From NCBI GenBank assembly GCA_041665325.1, contig JBAYJB010000001.1, positions 61,824 to 125,823 on the forward strand: DNA of 64,000 nucleotides, in the 5' to 3' direction. This document shows positions 55,585-64,000 of the stretch, one piece after another. A model generated the notes under the pieces. The model was not told where the DNA came from. It worked only from the letters and a program-made list of their open reading frames with translations, and ran no database searches. Positions within the stretch are counted from its first letter, which is position 1, and the number at the start of each line of letters is the position of its first letter. The DNA is from Minisyncoccota bacterium (GTDB taxonomy: Bacteria > Patescibacteriota > Minisyncoccia > Phycocordibacterales > PALSA-1337). The position numbers and the translations under genes are program-made.

Positions 55585-55655
55585 TGCGGGATCGTCTAAT
55601 GGTAGGACACGAGCCTTTGAAGCTTGTTATCTTGGTTCGAATCCAAGTCCCGCAG
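55585..55655 (+). tRNA. tRNA-Gln(TTG)
   Basis: TGCGGGA/TCCCGCA acceptor, CGAGC-CTTTGAA-GCTTG, GGTTCGAATCC. Confidence 0.94.
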
Positions 55656-55658
55656 CAC

Positions 55659-55800
55659 TTGACAAAAATATTGGGTATGCTATGATATCCACGAACTCAA
55701 CAAAGGACACCCGTGACGAATCACAAGAGCTTCACACGCTCGCAATACGACGATTCGTAGTGTGAGCATCAACCCCGGCTAACGCTGGGGTTTTTTCTTT
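55659..55800 (+). other. Small promoter-to-terminator unit: candidate sRNA or 15-aa peptide (55713..55760)
   Basis: TTGACA-16-TATGAT, AAAGGA then GTG ORF MTNHKSFTRSQYDDS*, hairpin 55738..55767, terminator AACCCCGGC...GCTGGGGTT-TTTT. Confidence 0.5.
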
Positions 55801-55803
55801 GCT

Positions 55804-55979
55804 AAAATAGGTTCCAACTTCGTACCAAACCGCCAGCAAGAAAGAAAATTGTATAATTTATTATGAAGAATAATAATTACACGGGCGTCAGTATAGGGCA
55901 AGCATATATAGGCTTAACTGTTTTAAGTGTTCATGCTTATTAGAAAATGCGTTCCAACTTTGTTCCAGACGGCCGGCAA
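55804..55979 (+). repeat. Two degenerate 36-nt direct repeats (55804..55839, 55944..55979)
   Basis: AAAATnnGTTCCAACTTnGTnCCAnACnGCCnGCAA, 29/36 identical. Confidence 0.65.
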
Positions 55980-56008
55980 ATACTTCCAAGTTCGGATATA
56001 ATAAATTC

Positions 56009-56539
56009 ATGAGCAAAAAACTTCTTGGATTGTTCCTCGTCGCGGTGATCATAACGGGAGTTTTCTATGTATATAATCGCCCTCGTCAGACGAACCAGGC
56101 AGGCCTGGCATCGAGTTATAAGGATGCCGAATATATGATCGAAGATCAAAGAGTAAAGCTTGATGAGGGTATTACCGAATTTGGCAATGAGCTTTTCACC
56201 GACCTGGACGGCGATGGTCGGGAAGACATCGCATTTATCATCACCCAAGAACGCGGCGGTTCAGGCGTCTTCTTCTATGCCGTAGCCGCGCTAAATACTG
56301 ACCATGGTTATGTTGGGTCGGACGGATACCTCCTCGGTGACAGGATAGCACCACAGAGCACAAATCCTAGTCAGAATCCGCGCCATAAGTACGTTGTGGT
56401 ATTCAATTATGCCGACCGCGCTCTCGGTGAATCGATGGTCACAAATCCCTCCGTAGGCAAGAGCGCATATTTGAAGCTTGATCCTGCCAGTATGCGATGG
56501 GGAATTGTCATGCCTGATTTCGAAGGAGAGTCACGGTAG
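56009..56539 (+). CDS. Hypothetical membrane-anchored protein
   Basis: N-terminal TM; DLDGDGRED, GGSGVFFY, LGDRIAPQ. Confidence 0.8.
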   Translation: MSKKLLGLFLVAVIITGVFYVYNRPRQTNQAGLASSYKDAEYMIEDQRVKLDEGITEFGNELFTDLDGDGREDIAFIITQERGGSGVFFYAVAALNTDHGYVGSDGYLLGDRIAPQSTNPSQNPRHKYVVVFNYADRALGESMVTNPSVGKSAYLKLDPASMRWGIVMPDFEGESR

Positions 56540-56562
56540 ATTTTTCGACATATGCTATCATA

Positions 56563-57411
56563 ATGATCGTGAAAACACGCGGTTTTACTCTCATAGAGCT
56601 TCTCGTGGTCATCTCCATCATTGGCATGTTGTCGGCGGTCGTGCTGGCCTCCATCCAATCAGTAAGGGATAAGGCCAGAGTTGGTGTTGGGCAGTCATTC
56701 TCCGGGCAGGTATACCGATCAACCGGCGATATGGCCGTCGGTATGTGGGATTTCAACCAGGGATCCGGTAATGCTATCGATGGATCGATATATGGGAACA
56801 ATGGGACCATGACCGCCGGAGCGACTTATAATACGATCACACCTAACGGTAGTGGATATTCCATTTTGTTCAACGGAACAACCGGGGTCATCGATGTGCC
56901 GTATTCGTCTAGACTTGCTCCCACTGGAGCTGTGACATTCAGCGCCTGGATAAGGCCCGCAAACATCACGTCTGGGCAACATATGACCATAGTCTCGAAG
57001 ACCCAGGGTGGCGGCTACCAGCTTTCGCTCAACGAACCATCCTACTGTCCGAACGCCATCTGCGCTCTAGTCCATGTAGGGGGTTATCACGCCGTATCGT
57101 ACCCACTCTCCGGTATCGCAATCAACAAGTGGTATCACATCCTCGCTACGTATGATGGTGATATTCTATCTCTCTATCTGGACGGCAAACGCGTCGCAAC
57201 CAACGCCACGCCGAGTGGATCGATATCCTATTCAGTCAACAATTCTATCTGTATCGGTGGAGAGCCGAACATAACCTGCACCGAAGGAGTCTATTTCAGC
57301 GGTCACATCGACGACGTGCGCGTATATGCCAAGGCCCTCACCGCCAGCGAAGCGGGCAAGCTGTACGCGGAGACAGCACCTAAATATATATTTGCTAGAA
57401 TATACCCATGA
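56563..57411 (+). CDS. Type IV prepilin-like protein with LamG/concanavalin-like domain
   Basis: RGFTLIELLVVISIIG; W.F..G.G, TFSAWI, WYHI..TYDG, LYLDG, F.G.IDDVRVY..AL. Confidence 0.92.
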   Translation: MIVKTRGFTLIELLVVISIIGMLSAVVLASIQSVRDKARVGVGQSFSGQVYRSTGDMAVGMWDFNQGSGNAIDGSIYGNNGTMTAGATYNTITPNGSGYSILFNGTTGVIDVPYSSRLAPTGAVTFSAWIRPANITSGQHMTIVSKTQGGGYQLSLNEPSYCPNAICALVHVGGYHAVSYPLSGIAINKWYHILATYDGDILSLYLDGKRVATNATPSGSISYSVNNSICIGGEPNITCTEGVYFSGHIDDVRVYAKALTASEAGKLYAETAPKYIFARIYP

Positions 57412-58337
57412 ATAAACCACCTCTCACAATATTCGGTTTGGGAAGGATGGGCGCGCAGATCGCACGCAGACTGCACAAGAAAGGATTCGGGGTCACGGCC
57501 TGGAATCGGTCAGCGGGGCCGGCCGGCTTGGTCCGCAAGTCTGGAGTATTTGCCACTAGCGACCTAGCTGAAGCCGTGAATAAGACCGGCAGTCCGCGAA
57601 TATTCTGGGTTATGTTGCCGCACGCTATTGTAGACGATTTCATTTTTGGCAAAGATCAGCTCGGGAGATTCTTGAGGAAAGGTGACATCGTCATTGACGG
57701 TGGGAACTCTTTTTATAAGGATTCAATGCGCCGTGGTGCCAGACTGGAGAAGCGTGGCATACACTTCTTCGATTGCGGGACCTCCGGCGGTATCTGGGGA
57801 GAGAAGAATGGCTTTGCCCTGATGATCGGCGGCTCGAAAGCTAAGTGGAAGAGCGTCGAACCGATCATGAGGGCGCTCTCAGCTGGGGATAACTACGCGT
57901 ATCTGGGCCGTGCTGGCGCTGGGCACTTCACCAAGATGGTCCACAATGGCATCGAATACGGCATGATGGAGGCCATAGGCGAGGGATATGCTGTCTTGGA
58001 AGCCAGCCGCTTCGACCTCGATCTGGCCGCCGTGACCCGAGTATACCAACAGGGCTCGGTCGTGCGGAGCTGGCTCATCGACCTCTGCCGCGACATCTTC
58101 GAGCACGAGGATATCCGCTCGACATCTGGTAGAATAGACGCTACCGGCGAAGGTGAATGGACGGTCAAGGCCGGCAAGGAGCTCGGCGTGGATGTCAGAG
58201 TGATCGCCGATGCCCTCAAGGTACGCCGAGAGTCAGCTGACCCCAAGAATCAAAAGAAATTCTCAAACAAAATAGTTGCTTTATTGCGTAAGCAGTTCGG
58301 AGGACATGCAATTCATTCAAACAAAAAATCCCGATAA
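57408..58337 (+). CDS. gnd: 6-phosphogluconate dehydrogenase (decarboxylating, short type)
   Basis: GLGRMG, IDGGNS.Y.DS, DCGTSGG, GAGHF.KMVHNGIEYG, LR.QFGGH. Confidence 0.95.
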   Translation: MNKPPLTIFGLGRMGAQIARRLHKKGFGVTAWNRSAGPAGLVRKSGVFATSDLAEAVNKTGSPRIFWVMLPHAIVDDFIFGKDQLGRFLRKGDIVIDGGNSFYKDSMRRGARLEKRGIHFFDCGTSGGIWGEKNGFALMIGGSKAKWKSVEPIMRALSAGDNYAYLGRAGAGHFTKMVHNGIEYGMMEAIGEGYAVLEASRFDLDLAAVTRVYQQGSVVRSWLIDLCRDIFEHEDIRSTSGRIDATGEGEWTVKAGKELGVDVRVIADALKVRRESADPKNQKKFSNKIVALLRKQFGGHAIHSNKKSR

Positions 58338-59001
58338 GGGCATAGAAGAGATGGCCGGCCGGATGACGGCCGCGCTCCACGCTGGACGGAAAGTTTTCTG
58401 GCTCGTCTGCGGCGGCTCGAATATCCCGCTAGCTGCTTCGGCCATTACTATCATTGCTGGCGAATGTTCCGACAGAGAGCTGGCCAATCTCACCGTTGGT
58501 CAGACAGATGAACGCTACGGCCCGGTCGGACACGAGGATTCCAACTGGAGGCAGATGGCCGACAACGGCTTCACGTTCGACCATGTCGGCACTTTGTCAT
58601 TCCTGATAGGCAAGTCGCTGGCCGAGACAGCGGCGACATATTCCTTGAAGTTCGACGAGATATCTGGCGCCATTGCGGGTGCCAGGGGTCTCGTCATCGC
58701 CCAGTTCGGCGTCGGACCGGACGGGCATGTGGCCGGCATACTCCCGCACTCGCCGGCTGTCACCGATATCTCGCTCATTTCCGGCTATGAGGGCCAGCCC
58801 TACACCAGACTGACCTTGACGCCTATGGCTTTCAAGAGGATCGATGTCGCATACACATTCGTATTTGGCGATTCGAAACGGCAGGCCATCAAGAGCCTCT
58901 GCGAACAAGATCGGCCGATAGCCGAGGAGCCCTGCCAGCTCCTCAAGACCATCCCGGAATCATTCTTATACAGCGACTTGATACCGCCACATGCTGACTA
59001 A
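58306..59001 (+). CDS. pgl: 6-phosphogluconolactonase-like protein
   Basis: CGGS, TDERY.P..H.DSN, G.GPDGHVAGI.P, RLTLT, G.SK. Confidence 0.8.
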   Translation: MQFIQTKNPDKGIEEMAGRMTAALHAGRKVFWLVCGGSNIPLAASAITIIAGECSDRELANLTVGQTDERYGPVGHEDSNWRQMADNGFTFDHVGTLSFLIGKSLAETAATYSLKFDEISGAIAGARGLVIAQFGVGPDGHVAGILPHSPAVTDISLISGYEGQPYTRLTLTPMAFKRIDVAYTFVFGDSKRQAIKSLCEQDRPIAEEPCQLLKTIPESFLYSDLIPPHAD

Positions 59002-59767
59002 CCTCACAGCTATCATCCTCGGCGCTGTCGAGGGTCTGACCGAATTCCTGCCGATCTCGTCGACGGCGCATCTCACGCTCACAGCGCAGATCATGGGTCT
59101 CGACCAATCCGCCTTCGTGAAGACCTTCGAGATCGCCATACAGAGCGGGGCTATCTTGGCGGTCATCGTGCTGTATTGGCGCAGATTCCTCGATGTCGCA
59201 GTCTTGAAGAGAGTGTTGGCGGCTTTCATCCCCACGGCGATCATCGGCCTCATTTTATACAAACTAGTCAAGGAATATCTGATCGGGAATATAGCCGTGA
59301 CTCTCTGGGCGCTGGCGATCGGCGGCCTTGCGCTCATCGTATTTGAAAAGTGGTTCAAAACCAAGCCGGAATCAGATATGAGCGATATTCGCAGTTTGAG
59401 TTATGGAAAATCAGCCCTGATCGGCCTCGTTCAAGCTATCTCGATTATTCCAGGCGTTTCCCGATCTGCAGCGACCATCATCGGAGGTCTTTTTTGTGGC
59501 TTGAGCAGGGAAGCAGTCGTGGAATTCTCGTTCCTCTTGGCTGTGCCGACGGTTCTGGCGGCTACCGGATTGGATCTGTTCAGGAGCGCCGGCGATTTTC
59601 ATTCTAGCGACTTCGGCTTGCTCGCCATCGGCTTCATCGCCGCCTTTGTAGCTGCAATCTTGGCAATCAAATTCCTGCTGAACTATCTCAAGAAGCACAC
59701 CTTCACCGGCTTCGGTGTCTACCGGATACTCGTCGTCCTCATCTTTGTGGTTGTCCTATACCTTTAG
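58991..59767 (+). CDS. uppP: Undecaprenyl-diphosphate phosphatase
   Basis: VEGLTEFLPISSTAHL, IPGVSRSAATI, EFSFLLAVP. Confidence 0.96.
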   Translation: MLTNLTAIILGAVEGLTEFLPISSTAHLTLTAQIMGLDQSAFVKTFEIAIQSGAILAVIVLYWRRFLDVAVLKRVLAAFIPTAIIGLILYKLVKEYLIGNIAVTLWALAIGGLALIVFEKWFKTKPESDMSDIRSLSYGKSALIGLVQAISIIPGVSRSAATIIGGLFCGLSREAVVEFSFLLAVPTVLAATGLDLFRSAGDFHSSDFGLLAIGFIAAFVAAILAIKFLLNYLKKHTFTGFGVYRILVVLIFVVVLYL

Positions 59768-60559
59768 GAACTCGTCTAACGCCTGGGAAATCTCCGAAAA
59801 ATTGTTGAGGATGGTAACGTGACGTGCGCCGGGCAACGTGATCAGCCGTGATCCGTGGATCTTTCGGATGCCTTGCACGGAATTATCATATGGCACCATT
59901 GAGTCCTTAGTACCGTGGATGAGAAGGATCGGGACTTTGATATCTCCCAACTGCTTCTCGCGATCAAATCGATACAGATGTTTCAGGGTATACAGATATG
60001 GCCACAAGCCGGTATTGAACACATCTCTGGTGATGCGTCTTAGATTCCAGTCTCCGGTGTTCAAATATCGCGCATAGTCCACATGCCCACCTCTCTTATC
60101 GGATAACACGAAGAGGTTTGCGATGTTCGTGATCCATCCGATGAGAGGGAAGAATAGTCGGACCGGGCGATTCTTCCTAATATATATGTCGGGGCTCAAG
60201 AAGACCGCCGACCTCGCCCTCCCCGGATTCGAGAGCATGAATTCCAGAGCAACCGCCGCGCCGAACGAATGCGCAATCAGAACAAATGTCTCTATGGATA
60301 GGTGGCTCAACAATGCCTTCAGATCATCGGCAAACAAGCTGATGTCATAATCCTTGTATACCTTGGGCCGGAATGATTTGCCATGACCACGTAAATCGAA
60401 AGTGACAATATTGTACCTGTCGCCAAAATAATCCTCATACCGCCACCAGGCGGATGAGCTACCGGAGAGGCCGTGCACGAAGACCAGAGTCTCTCGTTCT
60501 TTCGAGAATTGATTTGTCCTGTAGTACAGACCCCTTTCTGTCAGATATGATTCGTTCAT
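59756..60559 (-). CDS. Alpha/beta hydrolase
   Basis: FVHGL, DLRGHG.S, AHSFG, LIHG.KD, GARH. Confidence 0.92.
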   Translation of the reverse strand: MNESYLTERGLYYRTNQFSKERETLVFVHGLSGSSSAWWRYEDYFGDRYNIVTFDLRGHGKSFRPKVYKDYDISLFADDLKALLSHLSIETFVLIAHSFGAAVALEFMLSNPGRARSAVFLSPDIYIRKNRPVRLFFPLIGWITNIANLFVLSDKRGGHVDYARYLNTGDWNLRRITRDVFNTGLWPYLYTLKHLYRFDREKQLGDIKVPILLIHGTKDSMVPYDNSVQGIRKIHGSRLITLPGARHVTILNNFSEISQALDEFLKV

Positions 60560-60562
60560 AAG

Positions 60563-61072
60563 TTATATCCGATACATCGGCCTCACAAATAGCAAAAATA
60601 TATTAGCAACTCCAAAAACAATAGCTAAGAACCAGGAAGTCAAAACCTCATAGCCGAAGAATGTTCCGCAGACAGCAATGAGACACATGAGCACGCCGGT
60701 GGCATCAATCCACGTCTTATTCTTAAGCAGCCGAGGATGATCTATGACTCTTTTTAGCAAGACATATTTGAATGTAGCCACAACGAAGACAATCGTAAGG
60801 ATTGATGTAAATAATAGGGCGTTTCGTAAGCCGTAAGCAAGCAAGGCATACAAAACAACCAGCAAGGCATCCATAAGATTTTGCACGTGATCACTCATGG
60901 GTGTTAATTGTGCAAAAAGTTTAATTGAGAAATAAGTATTTACTATAAGTATAAGAAAAAATATAGACAACGGAGTGAGAATATCAGATGTTTGCTTGGA
61001 TATCATAAGACCAACGATAAAAAAAACCGTAAATGCCGCACAGGTTAAAAAGGCCTTGAGATCAGGTTTCAT
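60563..61072 (-). CDS. Hypothetical integral membrane protein (about 6 TM)
   Basis: Hydrophobic 169 aa ORF inside the operon; AT-rich. Confidence 0.75.
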   Translation of the reverse strand: MKPDLKAFLTCAAFTVFFIVGLMISKQTSDILTPLSIFFLILIVNTYFSIKLFAQLTPMSDHVQNLMDALLVVLYALLAYGLRNALLFTSILTIVFVVATFKYVLLKRVIDHPRLLKNKTWIDATGVLMCLIAVCGTFFGYEVLTSWFLAIVFGVANIFLLFVRPMYRI

Positions 61073-61078
61073 GATGAG

Positions 61079-61804
61079 CTATATCCTCACATCTTTATGC
61101 TTTTTGGTAAAGGGTTTGCCGAATAGGACCGGCCACAAAAAATTGAGCATGTAGACGGCGTTGGCCCTGATCAATCCCTCATCCTGGAATCGCCGGCTCG
61201 AAGTGTGCAGATAGAAATCCATACGGAATAGCACCTTGCCATGTTTGTGAATGCGACGAGCGATATCAGTGTCTTCGCCGTAGAATTCGATGCTCGTATC
61301 GAAACCTCCCATAGCGATGAGCGCATCTTTTCTGGCTACGAAATTACCGCCAAGGATCATGTAGCCGACCAGCCGATATGCCAAGGGCGCGGAGAGATAC
61401 CACAATGATTGCATGACCATGTTCTTCCAGCGGGCACCGTCGTGATAACGGTACGGCCCGCTCAAGGCGACGATATCCGGATAGCGAGACAAAGTCTTCT
61501 CCAGGGTGTCGAACCAAGATGGCTGCATCCGAGTGTCGGCGTCGATGTAGGCCAGCATATCGCCAGTCGCCGCATCGAGGCCGTATTGGCGGGCGTGCGT
61601 CAGACCCTTGCGCGCTCCATAGACCACTTTGACCGACGGATATCGCGAACACACAAGGGCTGTTCCGTCGGTGCTGGCATTATCGACCACGATAACCTCG
61701 TGGAAACGTCCTTTGGCGCTTTTCAGAGCATGTTCGAGACAAGCTCCGATATGTTTTTCCTCGTTATACGCGGGTATGACGAGACTGATCTTTGGTTTTG
61801 CCAT
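61079..61804 (-). CDS. Glycosyltransferase family 2
   Basis: SLVIPAYNEE, VVDNASTDGT, YIDAD, GGFD, GEDTD, TSSRR. Confidence 0.93.
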   Translation of the reverse strand: MAKPKISLVIPAYNEEKHIGACLEHALKSAKGRFHEVIVVDNASTDGTALVCSRYPSVKVVYGARKGLTHARQYGLDAATGDMLAYIDADTRMQPSWFDTLEKTLSRYPDIVALSGPYRYHDGARWKNMVMQSLWYLSAPLAYRLVGYMILGGNFVARKDALIAMGGFDTSIEFYGEDTDIARRIHKHGKVLFRMDFYLHTSSRRFQDEGLIRANAVYMLNFLWPVLFGKPFTKKHKDVRI

Positions 61805-61814
61805 ATATTAGGGG

Positions 61815-62537
61815 CTAACGCACCACCTTCCACTCCTTGGCGTGGGCCTTATCGAAGAGTATGACCCAGACGGTATTCAGCGTCCAGTCCCAGAGGAGTT
61901 TGGTCCATCCGATCTTATGGGCCCGCCGTCCGGTGTGATACACGACCAGGGTGTGGTCATAGTAAGTCCGTCCGATCTTCGAAAGGCGCAGGAACATATC
62001 AGCGTCTTCGCGCGTGATCAGGTCTTCACGAAAACCCTTGACCCTATCGAAGGCCGTACGCGGCATGATCTGCATCTCTCCGCCCGACTCGCCGCGGTGA
62101 AGCTTGTTGTTCTGCAGCCACTTACTGAAATTGAGCACCCCGAAGAAGAACCTATCCGCTAAGGTTTCCATCTCCGGTAACACCCTGATCTTTGGCGTCA
62201 CAGCCACAATCCTTGGGTCTTTGGTGAATATGTTCAATGCTTGGGCAAAGAATTTATCAGGATCAAGAATATAGCAATCAGCATCCATAAAAGCGATAAA
62301 ATCACCGGTAGCCACGGCCGCCCCGGCATTCCTGCCCTCTGCAATATTCTGGCGCTCCGGCTTGTCGTGGACGATCACTTTGTCGGCGTATTGCCCGGCG
62401 ATCTCGGCAGTCCGATCTTTACTCTTACCATCGGAGATAATGATCTCATGTGGAAGTGTGAACTTTGATTGCAATCGCTTCAGTACGTCGGCGATGACGC
62501 TCTCTTCATTCAATGTGGGGATGATGATGGATAGCAT
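61815..62537 (-). CDS. Glycosyltransferase family 2
   Basis: SIIIPTLNEE, SDG.S.D.T, RN.GA, FMDAD, GF.ED...ED, HTGRR. Confidence 0.93.
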   Translation of the reverse strand: MLSIIIPTLNEESVIADVLKRLQSKFTLPHEIIISDGKSKDRTAEIAGQYADKVIVHDKPERQNIAEGRNAGAAVATGDFIAFMDADCYILDPDKFFAQALNIFTKDPRIVAVTPKIRVLPEMETLADRFFFGVLNFSKWLQNNKLHRGESGGEMQIMPRTAFDRVKGFREDLITREDADMFLRLSKIGRTYYDHTLVVYHTGRRAHKIGWTKLLWDWTLNTVWVILFDKAHAKEWKVVR

Positions 62538-62546
62538 TATTGTATC

Positions 62547-63158
62547 TTAGGGATTGTTGGGAATAGAGATCCTCTCTACGCGCCCCTTGAGGTACAGCCA
62601 GTAGCGATAGATCGCCACAAGAGCGATGATACCACCGACCACGAGCGACACCTGTCCGTCCCATCGGTCAATCTTGATATAGGCCTCGCTAAAATAGAAC
62701 CCGGCAGCTAGAAGTGTCCCGGTCCAGATGAATTGGCCGAGTAGATTGACGAAGAGATACATCTTGAAGGGGATCCTGACCATGCCAGCGGTCATGAGCG
62801 TCACGATGGCGAAGCCGAAACCGTTGGTGATCTTCGACAGGAAGAGGACGTAGTTCTTGTAACGGTGGAAGAGTGTGGTCATGATCTCGATCTTGTGTTC
62901 GGTGATACCGAAATATTTACCGAAGCGCGCGACGAAGCGATGACCATAGATACGGCCGACATGATACCAGATGGTGTCGCCCACCAAGTCGCCGACCATG
63001 AGCGCAATATATATCGGTATATAGTGGAGATAGCCGAGACGCAAGAGCACGCCAAAAATAACCGCCAGGAGCGGTCCCTGGAGGAAGGCCAAGAAGATGA
63101 TCAGTAGGTATATGAGCAGGTTATGCTCGAGGGCGAACCCGACGATCCATTGGAGCAT
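62547..63158 (-). CDS. DedA family membrane protein
   Basis: GDLVGD..WY..GR.YG, AG..R.PF..Y...N..G...W.....GF. Confidence 0.88.
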   Translation of the reverse strand: MLQWIVGFALEHNLLIYLLIIFLAFLQGPLLAVIFGVLLRLGYLHYIPIYIALMVGDLVGDTIWYHVGRIYGHRFVARFGKYFGITEHKIEIMTTLFHRYKNYVLFLSKITNGFGFAIVTLMTAGMVRIPFKMYLFVNLLGQFIWTGTLLAAGFYFSEAYIKIDRWDGQVSLVVGGIIALVAIYRYWLYLKGRVERISIPNNP

Positions 63159-63252
63159 GGGAGTATTCTAGCATCACTCGAAGCCAAACAAAAAGCCGCA
63201 CCCAGAGGATGCGGCTCGGAACGATGAGTGAGTGTGAGCAGGTCTGCCGATA

Positions 63253-63714
63253 TCAGGCGGCGCAGGGCATCTTGTAGCCAAGCCGGTTGTGGAGACGGCT
63301 ACGGGGGTACAGGCTCTTATCCACCTGCTTTACCGGACCATAGAGGTGGTTCTTGAGCAGGCGAGCCAACTCGCGTTCGATGGCCTTGAACTTGGCATGC
63401 ATGTTGAGGCAGAGCGCCGTGATGCCGCTGTCATCCAAGAGCTTCTTGAAATGCTTCGTCAGGGGCCTCGACGGTCCGAGCTTCACACAGAACAGGAAAG
63501 TCCGAAGCCCTTTCCTGCAGGCCATGGTCACCGAGAAGTCAGCGAGCACATGCTCAGAACGCTGAAGCCGACGAAAATAGACGATCTTGTGGTCAAGCCC
63601 GTAGGATGACGGGTATCGGCGCAGGATTTCGAGAGCACCTTCGATACGCCTCATGGCGGTTTCGATGATGCTGTAGGTAAAGTCTTTGTTCATCAGACGA
63701 TGGCGAGTTTTCAT
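63253..63714 (-). CDS. Hypothetical basic protein
   Basis: ORF from ATG 63714 (start uncertain); terminator at about 63190..63216. Confidence 0.55.
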   Translation of the reverse strand: MKTRHRLMNKDFTYSIIETAMRRIEGALEILRRYPSSYGLDHKIVYFRRLQRSEHVLADFSVTMACRKGLRTFLFCVKLGPSRPLTKHFKKLLDDSGITALCLNMHAKFKAIERELARLLKNHLYGPVKQVDKSLYPRSRLHNRLGYKMPCAA

Positions 63715-63808
63715 CTTTTGGGTTATATAGTTGTTGCTGTACGGGGATATACCGTCTTGTAATCTATCATTATGATATAATTTGTCCACTAACCCTTAAC
63801 ACAATCAT

Positions 63809-64000
63809 ATGAAGAAAACCCGCGTAGCGATAAACGGTTTCGGTAGGATCGGCAGAGCCTTCCTCAAGGTCGCCCGTAGCCGCCAGGAGATCGAGGTCGT
63901 GGCCGTCAATGACCTTGGTAACATCCAGAATTTCGCTTACCTGCTCAAGTATGACACGGCCTACGGCGTCAGCCCCTTCGATGTCAGCGTCAATGAGAAG
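63809..64000 (+). CDS. gap: Glyceraldehyde-3-phosphate dehydrogenase, 5' part (runs off the right edge)
   Basis: Manual translation MKKTRVAINGFGRIGR...VVAVNDL...AYLLKYDTAYG. Confidence 0.95.
   Translation, partial: MKKTRVAINGFGRIGRAFLKVARSRQEIEVVAVNDLGNIQNFAYLLKYDTAYGVSPFDVSVNEK

Noticed and set aside
57408-59001. gnd-pgl without zwf as a novel pathway
   Set aside because: zwf may lie outside the window, and partial pentose-phosphate modules are unremarkable in reduced genomes.
723-63609. Many long overlapping or antisense ORFs in the track (e.g. 9805..10773, 19345..20322, 45357..46163, 5415..6188)
   Set aside because: Shadow frames of GC-rich genes, overlapping well-supported CDSs and lacking recognisable motifs.
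1-64000. Alternative genetic code (TGA recoding), rRNA genes, DGR or retron
   Set aside because: Conserved genes end at TGA at expected lengths with no in-frame TGA; no rRNA-like sequence or reverse transcriptase motifs found.

Overview
Mostly GC-rich chromosomal segment that looks like a Patescibacteria (CPR, Parcubacteria-like) genome using the standard code (TGA is a stop; tRNA-Trp CCA). The taxonomic call is an inference from gene content: CPR-type S21, short SMC and DnaX, NusB-NUDIX fusion, tandem VirB2-like pilins, pilin-LamG, and tRNA-linked LAGLIDADG. Core genes include ftsZ (partial), ftsA, ybeY, rpsU, a hisS-like gene, lepB, pth, rpsA, gyrA, rpmF, nusB, rnc, smc, clpB, alr, rpmG, lexA, rarA, miaA, parB, topA, dprA, serS, dus, dnaX, gnd, pgl, uppP and gap (partial), plus six tRNAs. 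Accessory regions lie at about 16-21 kb and 32.6-44.6 kb. The most striking unexplained signal is a dispersed 113-nt element in three copies (5420, 25742, 30940): a constant structured 56-nt core with a compensatory base-pair change, enclosed by copy-specific inverted arms that are 28 bp long in every copy. Other highlights: a cassette-like region where gene 3' ends and terminators are repeatedly duplicated around inserted genes; an AT-rich three-gene wHTH/wHTH/wHTH-PLD-nuclease island (candidate defence system); a second dispersed intergenic repeat next to rpsU, rpsA, gyrA and topA; two promoter-to-terminator units with no convincing ORF (candidate ncRNAs); all six tRNA genes ending in discriminator+CA rather than CCA; and widespread leaderless gene starts. 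All calls are by eye; no database search was run.
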